From contig JAZKFH010000013.1 of the NCBI GenBank assembly GCA_040386535.1, positions 1 to 64,000 on the forward strand: DNA of 64,000 nt, written 5' to 3'. This document shows, one piece after another, positions 16,348 to 25,346 of the stretch. Position 1 is the stretch's first letter; the number at the start of each line of letters is the position of its first letter. The notes beneath the pieces were generated by a model. It was given only the letters and a program-made list of their open reading frames with translations, did not search any database and had not been told where the DNA came from. The translations under genes and the position numbers were made by a program. This DNA is from Myxococcota bacterium (lineage in GTDB: Bacteria; Myxococcota_A; UBA796; SXON01).

Positions 16348-18876
16348 CTACCCGATGATGCCGTTCTTGATCTTGATGCCGTTGAGCACGGCGCCGCTCT
16401 GCGCGTCGCGTACGCGAATCTCCACGGCGGCACCCTCGAAGTTCTCGTCGATCTCCACCACCACGGGCACCTCGGCGCCCGGGGCGACCAGGGTGGCGCC
16501 GGTGAGGGCGTCGGTCAGATCAGAGTCGAGGACGGAGCCCACCACGCGCCCCTCCTTCCCCGCGGCGTCCACGATCTCCACCTTCACCGAAATCCCCTCG
16601 GTCGCCCCCTCGGACCGGAGCTTCACGGCGAAACGAATCGTCGTGAAACGGTCCTTCCCGTAGAGCACCTTCACCGTGCCGCGGTCGGTCGCGACGGGCT
16701 TGGCCGCGCGGAGCCGAACCGAGATGATCGGGACGAGGCACTCCTGGAGGGAGATGCCCTCGTGGAAGTAGCCGGGGCCGTCGGTGAACACGCGGAACCC
16801 GCGAGGGACGGCGAAGTCGGGGACAGGCGCGTCGAGGCCCATGTGCGCAGTCGAGAGCGTCAACACGTTCGGTACCGACGTGAGCTGGGAGCCGATGCGG
16901 CAGCGGCGCTTTGCCTTGAGCCAGGTGCCGGGCGGCTCGCTGACGCGGTCGCCGGGAAGCACCTCGGGCATGAGGACGTGGCCGTGGTCCGCGGCGAGCA
17001 CCGCGCGCTCGATGCCGAGCCCGGCGAGCGTCTGGAGCGCGATGAGCAGGTCGCCCGGGACCTCGCTCATGTGGCGTCGGGCGCGGAGCAGCTGGCCCTC
17101 GCCGAGTTCGTCGATGTCCTGCGTCTTCACGACTATGAGCCGCGCGTTGGCCACGCGCTGGGCGAGCTTCTTGCGCTGGGAGGCGTCCACCACCTCGTCG
17201 AGGGTGACGTCGACGAACTGGTCGCCGAGGCGCTCGCGGATCCACGCCATGCGGTCGGAGGAGGACTCGATGACCTTGCCGGCGATGGTAGGGACGAGGT
17301 CGTCGCCCTTCTTGGTGGCCCGGAGCGCCCCCGCTGCGCCCGGCATGAGCGCGGCCATGCCGAACGGCGTGGTGGTGGGGACGACCGTGGCGGCGGCCTC
17401 GATGGTGACGCCGCCGAGCTCCTCCAGCTTGGAGCGAAGCGCGCGACCCATCTCGTAGCGCATGGCGTCGACGAGGAAGTAGGCAACGCGCTGGCCCTCG
17501 GCGAGCGCCGGCTCGACGTGGCGCTCCCAGGTGCGGACCTGGGCGTGGACGCCCGACGGTGGCCAGCCCTCGCGCTCGACGGCCTTGAGGAAGGCGTCCT
17601 GTGCGGTGTTGGCGGCGGCCCGCCATGCGAGGCGTGCGCGTTCGAGGAGCTTGCCTTCGTCGCCGAGGCCGGAGCAGCGTGCGGCGGCCTGCTCCAGCTC
17701 GCGGTGGGCGCGGTCGACGTTCCAGAGCCCGTCGTCCCTCTGGGTGTAGGCGCGCACGTGCTCGACGAGCGCGGCGTTGCCGCTCACCCGCCGCTCCTCC
17801 CACTCGGCGAGACCGCGGAGCAGCGCGAGGCCTCGCTCGGCGACGGTCCAGCGGAGGTCCCGCTCGGCTTGGCGGCGCCACACGGACTTGCGGCGGGCGG
17901 CCGCGAGGCTGGTGGCCTCGTCCAGCTTCCCGGCCTCGGAGAGCGAGGCGACGCGGGCGAGGGCCCAGTCGTTCTCGAACGCGAAGGTGTCACGCTGCCC
18001 GAGGTGGGTGACGCCGCGGGTGCTCGCTTCGAGGCGCAGCCCGGCCTCCACCTCGGCGGCGATGACGACGTAGGCGTCCTGATACTCGTCGCTCCCGCGG
18101 AGGCGCTCGGCGAGCGCGTAGATCGCGGGGCGGTACTCAGCGGAGGCGCGCGGGAGGTCGCGGATCGAGGCGGGCAGGGCCTCCGGGAGGTCGAAGGCGA
18201 ACTCGGAGAGCAGGACGAACTGGCGGAGCGCGGGGATGACCACGTCCGGCGCCGGGCTCAACGCCGGGTTCACGTAGCCGAGGCCGCCCCGGAGGAGCCG
18301 GATCAGCTCCGGTGAGAAGCCTGCGACCGTCTTGTCCAGGCGCCGGTGCTCATCGGAGTGGGCGATGAGGCGGGCGGCCACCTCCACGGCGTTGTCGGTG
18401 CCCAGGGCGGCGCGGATGACGGGGAAGTTGTCGCCGGCGTCGAGACGGTCGAGCACGGCGAGGCTGGGGCGCCCCTCGCGGAACATGCGCTCGATTTCGC
18501 TGACGCGACCGGGGAGGGCCGCGCGGGCCAGGGCCAGAAGGGACTCCCCCTCGTTGGCACCGAACGCGGCGCCGAGCATGGCAAAGGACTCGAAGGGGTC
18601 GCGCATACGCGTGCGCTCTTCGACCGGGCGGGCGGCGGGCAGGTAGACGACGAGGCATCGGCGGTCGGCGCCGAGCTCGTTCATCCGGGCGAGCTTCTCG
18701 TCGGCGATGCGGCGGGCGGCAAGGAGGGAGGTGGAGGCGTCGACAACATCCACGCCTTCGATCCCGAAGTTGTCGACGAGGTCGGCAAAGGCGCGGCTCG
18801 GGTCGTACCAGACCACCACGCGGTGGTCGTTCACGAGGTCGTGGAGTCGGTTGACGATGTAGGCGGAGACCTTCAT
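16348..18876 (-). CDS. pglZ: BREX PglZ alkaline-phosphatase-superfamily protein
   Basis: VVWYDP N-terminus, FLVDAMRYEMG, ADHGH, YFHEGISLQECLVP. Confidence 0.92.
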   Translation of the reverse strand: MKVSAYIVNRLHDLVNDHRVVVWYDPSRAFADLVDNFGIEGVDVVDASTSLLAARRIADEKLARMNELGADRRCLVVYLPAARPVEERTRMRDPFESFAMLGAAFGANEGESLLALARAALPGRVSEIERMFREGRPSLAVLDRLDAGDNFPVIRAALGTDNAVEVAARLIAHSDEHRRLDKTVAGFSPELIRLLRGGLGYVNPALSPAPDVVIPALRQFVLLSEFAFDLPEALPASIRDLPRASAEYRPAIYALAERLRGSDEYQDAYVVIAAEVEAGLRLEASTRGVTHLGQRDTFAFENDWALARVASLSEAGKLDEATSLAAARRKSVWRRQAERDLRWTVAERGLALLRGLAEWEERRVSGNAALVEHVRAYTQRDDGLWNVDRAHRELEQAAARCSGLGDEGKLLERARLAWRAAANTAQDAFLKAVEREGWPPSGVHAQVRTWERHVEPALAEGQRVAYFLVDAMRYEMGRALRSKLEELGGVTIEAAATVVPTTTPFGMAALMPGAAGALRATKKGDDLVPTIAGKVIESSSDRMAWIRERLGDQFVDVTLDEVVDASQRKKLAQRVANARLIVVKTQDIDELGEGQLLRARRHMSEVPGDLLIALQTLAGLGIERAVLAADHGHVLMPEVLPGDRVSEPPGTWLKAKRRCRIGSQLTSVPNVLTLSTAHMGLDAPVPDFAVPRGFRVFTDGPGYFHEGISLQECLVPIISVRLRAAKPVATDRGTVKVLYGKDRFTTIRFAVKLRSEGATEGISVKVEIVDAAGKEGRVVGSVLDSDLTDALTGATLVAPGAEVPVVVEIDENFEGAAVEIRVRDAQSGAVLNGIKIKNGIIG

Positions 18877-18895
18877 GTGCTGTCTTCCCAGACGC

Positions 18896-19735
18896 TCAGA
18901 GCGCGCGCGCGAGGATGGCGTCGAACGGAGCCCGGTGTCGGAGCGCTCCAGCGCGCGCTATGAGCCACTCCCGCGCGCTCCGGGAGCGGTGCCCCGCGTT
19001 GAGGAGCGGCACGAGGGCCGCGGCGAACGCACTCTTGCCGCGGACGCCGCGCATCCACTGGGTCGCCGGGGGGAGGGCAAGCACCTCGTCGACGCGGGCC
19101 TGGTAGGCCGCGCCGATCTCTGCGAGGTCCAGCCGGGCGGCCTCCCGGAGCGGCGCGGGGATCCGGGCCTCGAGCGAGGCCGTCAGCGCCGCGGGGGACG
19201 TGAGGTCGAGGTCGGGGCGAAGGGCGCCGTAGTTCCAGTGCAGCGCCTCCTGCCACGCGTTGAACGCGTCCCGGGTGCGCTGGAGGGTCCACCACAGCGC
19301 GCCCGCGCGAACCCAGGCTTCCCGGCGCGGCTCCATGTCCGCGTCCAACGTGGGAGGGTCCGCTGCGAGCCGCGCGACGAGGAGGTCATTCTCGATGCAC
19401 CACCCGGCGGTGACGTATACCTGTCCGGACGCGGTCTGCGCGGCCACCTCCGTGTCCGACCACACGTCGCGATCGACGAGGCCGATGCCCACTGGGAAGG
19501 TGCTTGTGGGAGCGAGGCGCCTCATGACGCTGTCGCGACGCCCAGCGACCACGACCGCGACGCGTGTGGACCAGGCCACGTCGGCCTCCGTCAGCATGGC
19601 CTCCAGCGCCGTGCGGTCATCGTCCCCTTCCACGAGGATCACCCGTTTCCCGGCGGAGCGCTTCTGCTCCTCATCCCAATACCGTGTCTGGCGGTCGTCG
19701 ACGTCGCGCCGCATCTCCTGTAGTTGGGTTGTCAC
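18896..19735 (-). CDS. TOPRIM-like (DUF4435/AriB-like) putative nuclease, ~279 aa
   Basis: ILVEGDDD, GLVDRD, GWCIEN motifs; GTG start overlaps the ATPase stop. Confidence 0.7.
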   Translation of the reverse strand: MTTQLQEMRRDVDDRQTRYWDEEQKRSAGKRVILVEGDDDRTALEAMLTEADVAWSTRVAVVVAGRRDSVMRRLAPTSTFPVGIGLVDRDVWSDTEVAAQTASGQVYVTAGWCIENDLLVARLAADPPTLDADMEPRREAWVRAGALWWTLQRTRDAFNAWQEALHWNYGALRPDLDLTSPAALTASLEARIPAPLREAARLDLAEIGAAYQARVDEVLALPPATQWMRGVRGKSAFAAALVPLLNAGHRSRSAREWLIARAGALRHRAPFDAILARAL

Positions 19736-20709
19736 GCGTCGAGATCCACGAGTGCACCGGACATCCGGAAGTGGTCCCACACCTCGGGGGAATGGGAGGC
19801 CACGAGGAGCTGGCCGTCGAACATGCGCTCGATAAGGGCTTGGGTGACCGCGATGCTGCCGCGCATCAGCGAAAGATGCTGGTGCAGTTCGGGCTCGTCG
19901 AGCAAGACGATGCCGCCGGGGGCGAGCCACCGGAGCACCACGCAGAGGTTGATGAGCACCGACCGCTCGCCGGCCGACAGCATGTCAACCGTAAGGAGGG
20001 TGCCATCCGAAAGCTGGAACAATGGTCGCTGCGTGCGCTCATCGAAACGGTCGAGGAGCTGGAGGTTCGGGCGAAGGCGGGCGAACTCTAGGATCAGAGC
20101 CTTCCAACGGTCGCGGCGAGCGAGGGAGAGCGTGCGCATCATGAGTTCGAGATGGCCAGCGCCTCGTTGGTTTACCAGTCGCAAGTAGGCCGGAGCCGGC
20201 GCTGGCACCCGGTATTCCTTGAGCGAGAGCTTTGCAACGAACTTGTGCTCTGCCTCGATGAAGACGAGGTTTGGCACGCGTTCAGCCCCGAGTTCTGCAC
20301 CAGCGAGTGCCTTCTCCCACCAATCAAACGTTTGGTCGTCGAAGAGCTCAACGCCCGCTTTCCCACCGACGTATGCAGGTGTCTGGCTGATAAACTCGTA
20401 GTAGCCAGAAAAATGGCGTTCCCACACAACCCAAAGTTGGGAGTGAGGCCCAGGTAGCCCCGTGAAGAGCACCGCGACGAGTCCGGCATCCGCCAAGGCA
20501 CCCTTGATCGTGCCGGGTGAACCGCGGCTGCTCGCGCTGTCGCAGAACCAGGACCACAGCTCGGCAATGGCTTCCAGGTACGTCGTCTTGCCCGATCCGT
20601 TCACGCCTCGCAGGCAGGCTGCGGAGAATACGCCGTCCGGGCCCACGAAGGTGTCGTCGCGCGACTTCAGGGCGCGGAGGTCGCGGATGATCACGCGCTC
20701 GATCTTCAT
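19732..20709 (-). CDS. ABC-type/AAA_21 ATPase (AriA/OLD-like)
   Basis: Walker A GVNGSGKT, signature LSAGERS, LLDEPELHQH, VASHSPE; ATGA overlap with the pglX stop. Confidence 0.85.
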   Translation of the reverse strand: MKIERVIIRDLRALKSRDDTFVGPDGVFSAACLRGVNGSGKTTYLEAIAELWSWFCDSASSRGSPGTIKGALADAGLVAVLFTGLPGPHSQLWVVWERHFSGYYEFISQTPAYVGGKAGVELFDDQTFDWWEKALAGAELGAERVPNLVFIEAEHKFVAKLSLKEYRVPAPAPAYLRLVNQRGAGHLELMMRTLSLARRDRWKALILEFARLRPNLQLLDRFDERTQRPLFQLSDGTLLTVDMLSAGERSVLINLCVVLRWLAPGGIVLLDEPELHQHLSLMRGSIAVTQALIERMFDGQLLVASHSPEVWDHFRMSGALVDLDA

Positions 20710-23700
20710 TCGTCGTTCCTAACGTCGAACAGCCCAGGCTCCGCCTTCTTCTTGCGGCCGCGCGCGGGGGCGGCGGGCGCGACGTACAGGTCCTCGCGCC
20801 CATGCGCGATCGCGATGGACTTGTCGGTGCCGCACTTCGCCAGCACCTCGTCCCGGCGGAGCGTCATCGCGAGGTGGGCCCAGTCGTACTCGCCCGACGT
20901 GAGCGACTTCCAGACGCCCTCCAGCTCGTCGCGCCAGGGCTTGAGGCGGAAATGCGCGCGGAGGGGCGAGGCGTTGATGACGACGCCATCATCGAGGTCC
21001 GGGCGGAAGGGCAGCGCGTTTACGGCGTCGAGGGAGGCGCGGAGCTCGCGCAGCTCCTGCGCGTGGGCGCGCGCCTTGTCCCGGGCCTCGACCAGGCGCT
21101 CGGCGTTGCGGCCCGTGGCCGACTCGAGACGGGTTTCGATGCGCGCTCGCTCTTCCTCGACGCGGCCGAGACGCGGCAGGAGCTCGTCGTTGATCAGGGC
21201 GTGGAGCGTCTGGTCGGAGAGGCGCGGGTAGTAGACCCAAGCGGTGAAGGTGCCGGACGCGACCGACAGGGGCCAATAGATCGGGGCCTTGCGACGACTC
21301 TTGCTGTACCGCGAGAGGTGGTCGGCGAAGAACTTGGCGGGGGTGCGGAGGTACTCGCGGAGGTCCTTCACGCCCAAGGCCTCGCAGCACTCGTGGAGCA
21401 CGTCGTGGCCGCGGTTGCCGAAGAGCCGCACGAACACGTCGGTGACGCGGGTGGCGAGGTCGTACGTGGGTGGGCGGGCGATGGGATCGTCGGGATCGAA
21501 GGGGACGCCGTCGTCGTCGGCGAGGAGGCCGGACCAGGCAACAGGCACGTCGTAGACGGTGGCGGCCGGTGCCTCTGCGGCAGCACCGTCGGGGAGGTGG
21601 CACTGACCGTCGACCTCGGGCAGGCTGGATGCGTCGCGCCGATCCGCGAGCCAGTCGAGGGTGACGACGCGCTCTTGGGTGGCCGGGAGCCCCTCGCTGT
21701 CGACAAGCTGGCCGACCGGGCAGCGCGGGAGAGCGCCGAATGCGTCGGGCCACTCGGGCACGAGCGCCGGATCGAGCGCAAGGCGCAGGTCCCAGCGGCC
21801 GAAGGCGACGCCAACGGCGTAGTGGACGAGGTCCATCGCGGTGTTGCGAACGTCGTCTGGGCGGAGGAGGCCTAAACCGTGGCGGACGGTCGCGAGGTGA
21901 CGCGGGGTGACGCCGAACAGGCGGCAGAGCATCGTCTCATCACGAAGGCCGGCGTGTTGCTTGCCGCGCCGATGCTCCACGCGTACGTCGACCTCGGCCT
22001 CGAGGCCGCCGGGGAGCGTGTCGCCGGGGATGGGCTTCTTGGTGAGGTAGGCGTCGCGGAACAGGACGGGGTCGACGAGTGCATCGTCGGAGAGCGCGGC
22101 GAGCGGCGGCTCCAGCTCCTTGTCGAGTACTTGCCGGTCGCGCTCCGTGAAGCCGTACGCGTTGGCGACGCGATGGTCGATCTCCGCGGTCGCGCTGGCG
22201 ATGAAGGCCAGACGGTCCTCTCGGGCGGCCACGCGGGCGAACGCCGCCCCGCGCAGCGAGCCCGCGTCACGGGCCGCGGGGAGGGAAGGGGGGTAGGCAT
22301 ATGCGACGACGGTTTCACCTGTGTCATCCTCCTCAACCTGGCCGTGCCGAACGACGCCCACGCATCGCTGGGTGAGGGTGGTGATGCGGGCCGAGGCATC
22401 TTGGGAGAGGTCGGGCCAGGGGAGGTCCCTGACGAGGCTAATCTCGTATGCCTTGGAGGTGGAGTGGTTCGAGTCTACGGCGTTCGCGAGTCGAACCGAC
22501 ATCAGCGAGAAGCTCGCTCTGCTATTCAGGACCGCCAACAACAAGCTGGGATCGATCGACCGGAAAGGGAATGCGGACGGACCCTTGTGACCGAACGCAC
22601 ACCCAGCCGGGAGCACTCGCGGTGCGAGTCGGTAGTTAGTGCGGAGCGGCCACGTCACCCCCGCCTGTCCAAACACGCTCGCGTCCCTCGTCCGCGAGGT
22701 ATCAACCGCAGTCATCTCTGCCCGGTCCCTCGCCCATCGAATCGCGAGGTGTGGATCATCGAAGAACGGTCGATACTCACCACCCTTCGCGAACCTCGCC
22801 CAATCGCATGCCAAGCCAAGAGCGTGCGGCGGCACCTCCCAAGCCGCCCGCAGAAAGCGCGTGTCGTCTCCGGACCAAACGCCCAGCATTGCGTCGCCTG
22901 CACGCGATGAGAAAGATCGGACGTTCGTGAACAAGCTCGAAAGACCTGGAGAGATCCAGTACCCGTAGGCGGCATCTGGAAAACTGGCAAATCGCTTGGC
23001 GGGCGCTCGGAACACTTCCGTCGGACTGGAGGTCGCATTGACAAGTCCGAGAAGAAAGGATGCCTTCCTCCACGCGGGACATTGAACGACGCGGTACCAC
23101 GTTGCCACTGCGTCTGCTGGCCAATCTCGCGCAACAACTGCCGCAGCAGTTTCTACCATCGCGTCGAGGACGCCGAATCCCAGGTCTGAAGCGATCGAAA
23201 TTCGTCCCAAACGGCCGAATACCTCTCGACGCAACCCTCCGAGCGCCTGAAGCCCCAGCCATGTGCGAGCGGTAATGGCACCCACTCGACCCCGAGCTTG
23301 CGTCATCTCCAGGGCGCGCTGGTAAAACATCGAGTAGAGTTCACCGCCGGACGCGGGATACCTTTCCGAGAGCCCGCCGAGCGTCCCCTCGGTGGGAGTA
23401 CCGAACGGCGGATTCATCAGCACGACATCGAATTTCTGCCTACACAAATCCACGAACGCGAACCCGCGCGCCGCGTCGTCCGCGAACATCCGCCGCTGGT
23501 CCCACCCTCGCCCCGCGCTCTCTGCCCAGTCGCGCAGGGCGTCGAGCACCTTGACCTCGGCTTTCTTCCAGAAGCCCTCGGGCGTCTCGTCGGCGGTCCC
23601 CACGTCGTCCATCGAGAGCTGCCGCGCCTCCTCGATCGCGGCGCGGAGCTCGTCCTCCACCCGCAGCAGCACGCCCATCTCTCCGGCCGCGCGCAGCTTC

Positions 23701-25346
23701 TCCCACATCGCCGTCATCAGGCGGCGCAGACCGGGGATGCGCAGGCTGCCCGCGAACTCGTCGAAGAGGTCACGTTCGCCGGGCATCGGCTCCGCCACGA
23801 CGATGTTCGTCTTCCGTACCGTGGGCCGCTTGCCGGGCGGGATGTTCCGCCAGCTCTTCTGCGCCCGCAACCAGAGCGCCATCGCGGCGATCTGCGCGGC
23901 GCGGGAGTCGATGTCGACGCCCCAGAGGTTGTGCCGGAGGATGAGCGCGGGGACCTCGCGCACGAAGGCGTCGCGGTCGGGGAAGTCTGCCTTCAACGCC
24001 GTGGCGATCTCGTCGCTACCGTCCCAGGCCTCGACCCAGATCGTCTCCATCAGGTCGAAGGCGTAGAGGAGGAAGTGCCCGCTGCCGCACGCCGGGTCGA
24101 GCACGCGCAGCTCGCGCGGGTCGACCTTCACGCGTGGGGGCACCAGCGGGGAGCCACCCGCCCGGATCGCGGCACAGAGCTGATCGTAGAGGGCTGTGAG
24201 CTCCCGGAGCGCGTCCCCCTCGGGCTCGTAGCCCCCGTGGCGAATGGCTCGCTCGGTGACGAACGCGGTGGTCCAGAGGTCGAGCGCGTCGCCCGGCCAG
24301 GTGCCCGTCGTGGCGTAGGCCGCGCGCTGGGCCTCCAGGAATGCGCCCCAGTCGACACCGCGGCGCTGGAGCACCTCGTAGCCGTTGATGCAGTGGGCGA
24401 GGAGCGCCCCCTCGTCTCGCGACACGTGCTCGGGGACGCCCGAGGCGTCGCCACGGCGGAGCGCGTCGATCCACGCAGGGCGGCGCCCGCTGACGGCTTC
24501 GGCGCGGAGGAGGACGGCGCCGGGCTCCCGGTACAGGTAACGGCAGTCGTCGACGAGGCGGGTGTCACCCCGCTGCATCTCCCACCACATGCGCCCAAGC
24601 GTGTTGTCGGTCAGGAACTCGACCACGTAGCGGGGCGTGAAGAACTGGTTGCGGACGGCCAGTTCCCGCCCGTCTTTGGGTGTGGGCGACGCCTTGCGCA
24701 TCGCCGTCCGTTCCTTGTCTGTGTGGAAGTACTGGTACACCCACCCGATCGTCTCGTCGGACTCCCAGAGCAGGTCCAGCTCCGGCCGGTCGAGGACGGT
24801 GACTACGTCCTCCAGGCAACGGGTGGAGGGCGCGAGCCGCGACGCCGAAGCCCGGCGGTCGAACAGCAGCGGGAGTTCGGCAGCGAGCTCATCGTAGAGG
24901 CGATCGAGGTACGCCCGCCATGCCGTTCCGCGGTCGCCGAGGCCACCCTCGGCAACTTGCTCGAAAACGGCGAACGCTTCGGCCTGCGGCCCGCCCCGGA
25001 TGGCCTCGGCCACCACTCCGCGCGCCTCGCAGAGCCGGAGCGCCACGAGCCGGTTGAGCGAGGTGAACGCCGCCTCGCGGACCATGCGCTCCATCGCGGC
25101 CTTCCGCCGCGCCGCGTCGCTGCCGCGCTGGCTGGCGAACAGGTGCGCATGCCAGGCGCGGAGCACCTGGGCCACGGCGCGGCCGCCTTCGTCGAGGTCG
25201 GGCAGCCGATCCATTTCCCGGGGCGTGCCATCGGGGCCGAAGCCCCAGGTCGACTCCAACTCGCGGGAGAGATCGGTGACGAGCAGGGTACGGGCGTCCC
25301 CGACCATGCGGGCGAGGGCGTTGCGGGCGGAGGAGTCGAGGCTCAA
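20706..25346 (-). CDS. pglX: BREX adenine DNA methyltransferase PglX/BrxX (~1546 aa)
   Basis: IGWVYQYF, QFFTPRYVV, LDPACGSGHFL, NPPF, SRRKAPIYW, PDLDDGV. TTG start overlaps the brxC stop. Confidence 0.92.
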   Translation of the reverse strand: MSLDSSARNALARMVGDARTLLVTDLSRELESTWGFGPDGTPREMDRLPDLDEGGRAVAQVLRAWHAHLFASQRGSDAARRKAAMERMVREAAFTSLNRLVALRLCEARGVVAEAIRGGPQAEAFAVFEQVAEGGLGDRGTAWRAYLDRLYDELAAELPLLFDRRASASRLAPSTRCLEDVVTVLDRPELDLLWESDETIGWVYQYFHTDKERTAMRKASPTPKDGRELAVRNQFFTPRYVVEFLTDNTLGRMWWEMQRGDTRLVDDCRYLYREPGAVLLRAEAVSGRRPAWIDALRRGDASGVPEHVSRDEGALLAHCINGYEVLQRRGVDWGAFLEAQRAAYATTGTWPGDALDLWTTAFVTERAIRHGGYEPEGDALRELTALYDQLCAAIRAGGSPLVPPRVKVDPRELRVLDPACGSGHFLLYAFDLMETIWVEAWDGSDEIATALKADFPDRDAFVREVPALILRHNLWGVDIDSRAAQIAAMALWLRAQKSWRNIPPGKRPTVRKTNIVVAEPMPGERDLFDEFAGSLRIPGLRRLMTAMWEKLRAAGEMGVLLRVEDELRAAIEEARQLSMDDVGTADETPEGFWKKAEVKVLDALRDWAESAGRGWDQRRMFADDAARGFAFVDLCRQKFDVVLMNPPFGTPTEGTLGGLSERYPASGGELYSMFYQRALEMTQARGRVGAITARTWLGLQALGGLRREVFGRLGRISIASDLGFGVLDAMVETAAAVVARDWPADAVATWYRVVQCPAWRKASFLLGLVNATSSPTEVFRAPAKRFASFPDAAYGYWISPGLSSLFTNVRSFSSRAGDAMLGVWSGDDTRFLRAAWEVPPHALGLACDWARFAKGGEYRPFFDDPHLAIRWARDRAEMTAVDTSRTRDASVFGQAGVTWPLRTNYRLAPRVLPAGCAFGHKGPSAFPFRSIDPSLLLAVLNSRASFSLMSVRLANAVDSNHSTSKAYEISLVRDLPWPDLSQDASARITTLTQRCVGVVRHGQVEEDDTGETVVAYAYPPSLPAARDAGSLRGAAFARVAAREDRLAFIASATAEIDHRVANAYGFTERDRQVLDKELEPPLAALSDDALVDPVLFRDAYLTKKPIPGDTLPGGLEAEVDVRVEHRRGKQHAGLRDETMLCRLFGVTPRHLATVRHGLGLLRPDDVRNTAMDLVHYAVGVAFGRWDLRLALDPALVPEWPDAFGALPRCPVGQLVDSEGLPATQERVVTLDWLADRRDASSLPEVDGQCHLPDGAAAEAPAATVYDVPVAWSGLLADDDGVPFDPDDPIARPPTYDLATRVTDVFVRLFGNRGHDVLHECCEALGVKDLREYLRTPAKFFADHLSRYSKSRRKAPIYWPLSVASGTFTAWVYYPRLSDQTLHALINDELLPRLGRVEEERARIETRLESATGRNAERLVEARDKARAHAQELRELRASLDAVNALPFRPDLDDGVVINASPLRAHFRLKPWRDELEGVWKSLTSGEYDWAHLAMTLRRDEVLAKCGTDKSIAIAHGREDLYVAPAAPARGRKKKAEPGLFDVRNDE

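Noticed and set aside
15061..18315. 1084-aa plus-strand ORF and many similar long ORFs (e.g. 23298-25469, 47764-50349, 56592-59075, 59917-61992)
   Set aside because: Antisense or off-frame shadows of well-supported genes, expected in high-GC DNA; no motifs.
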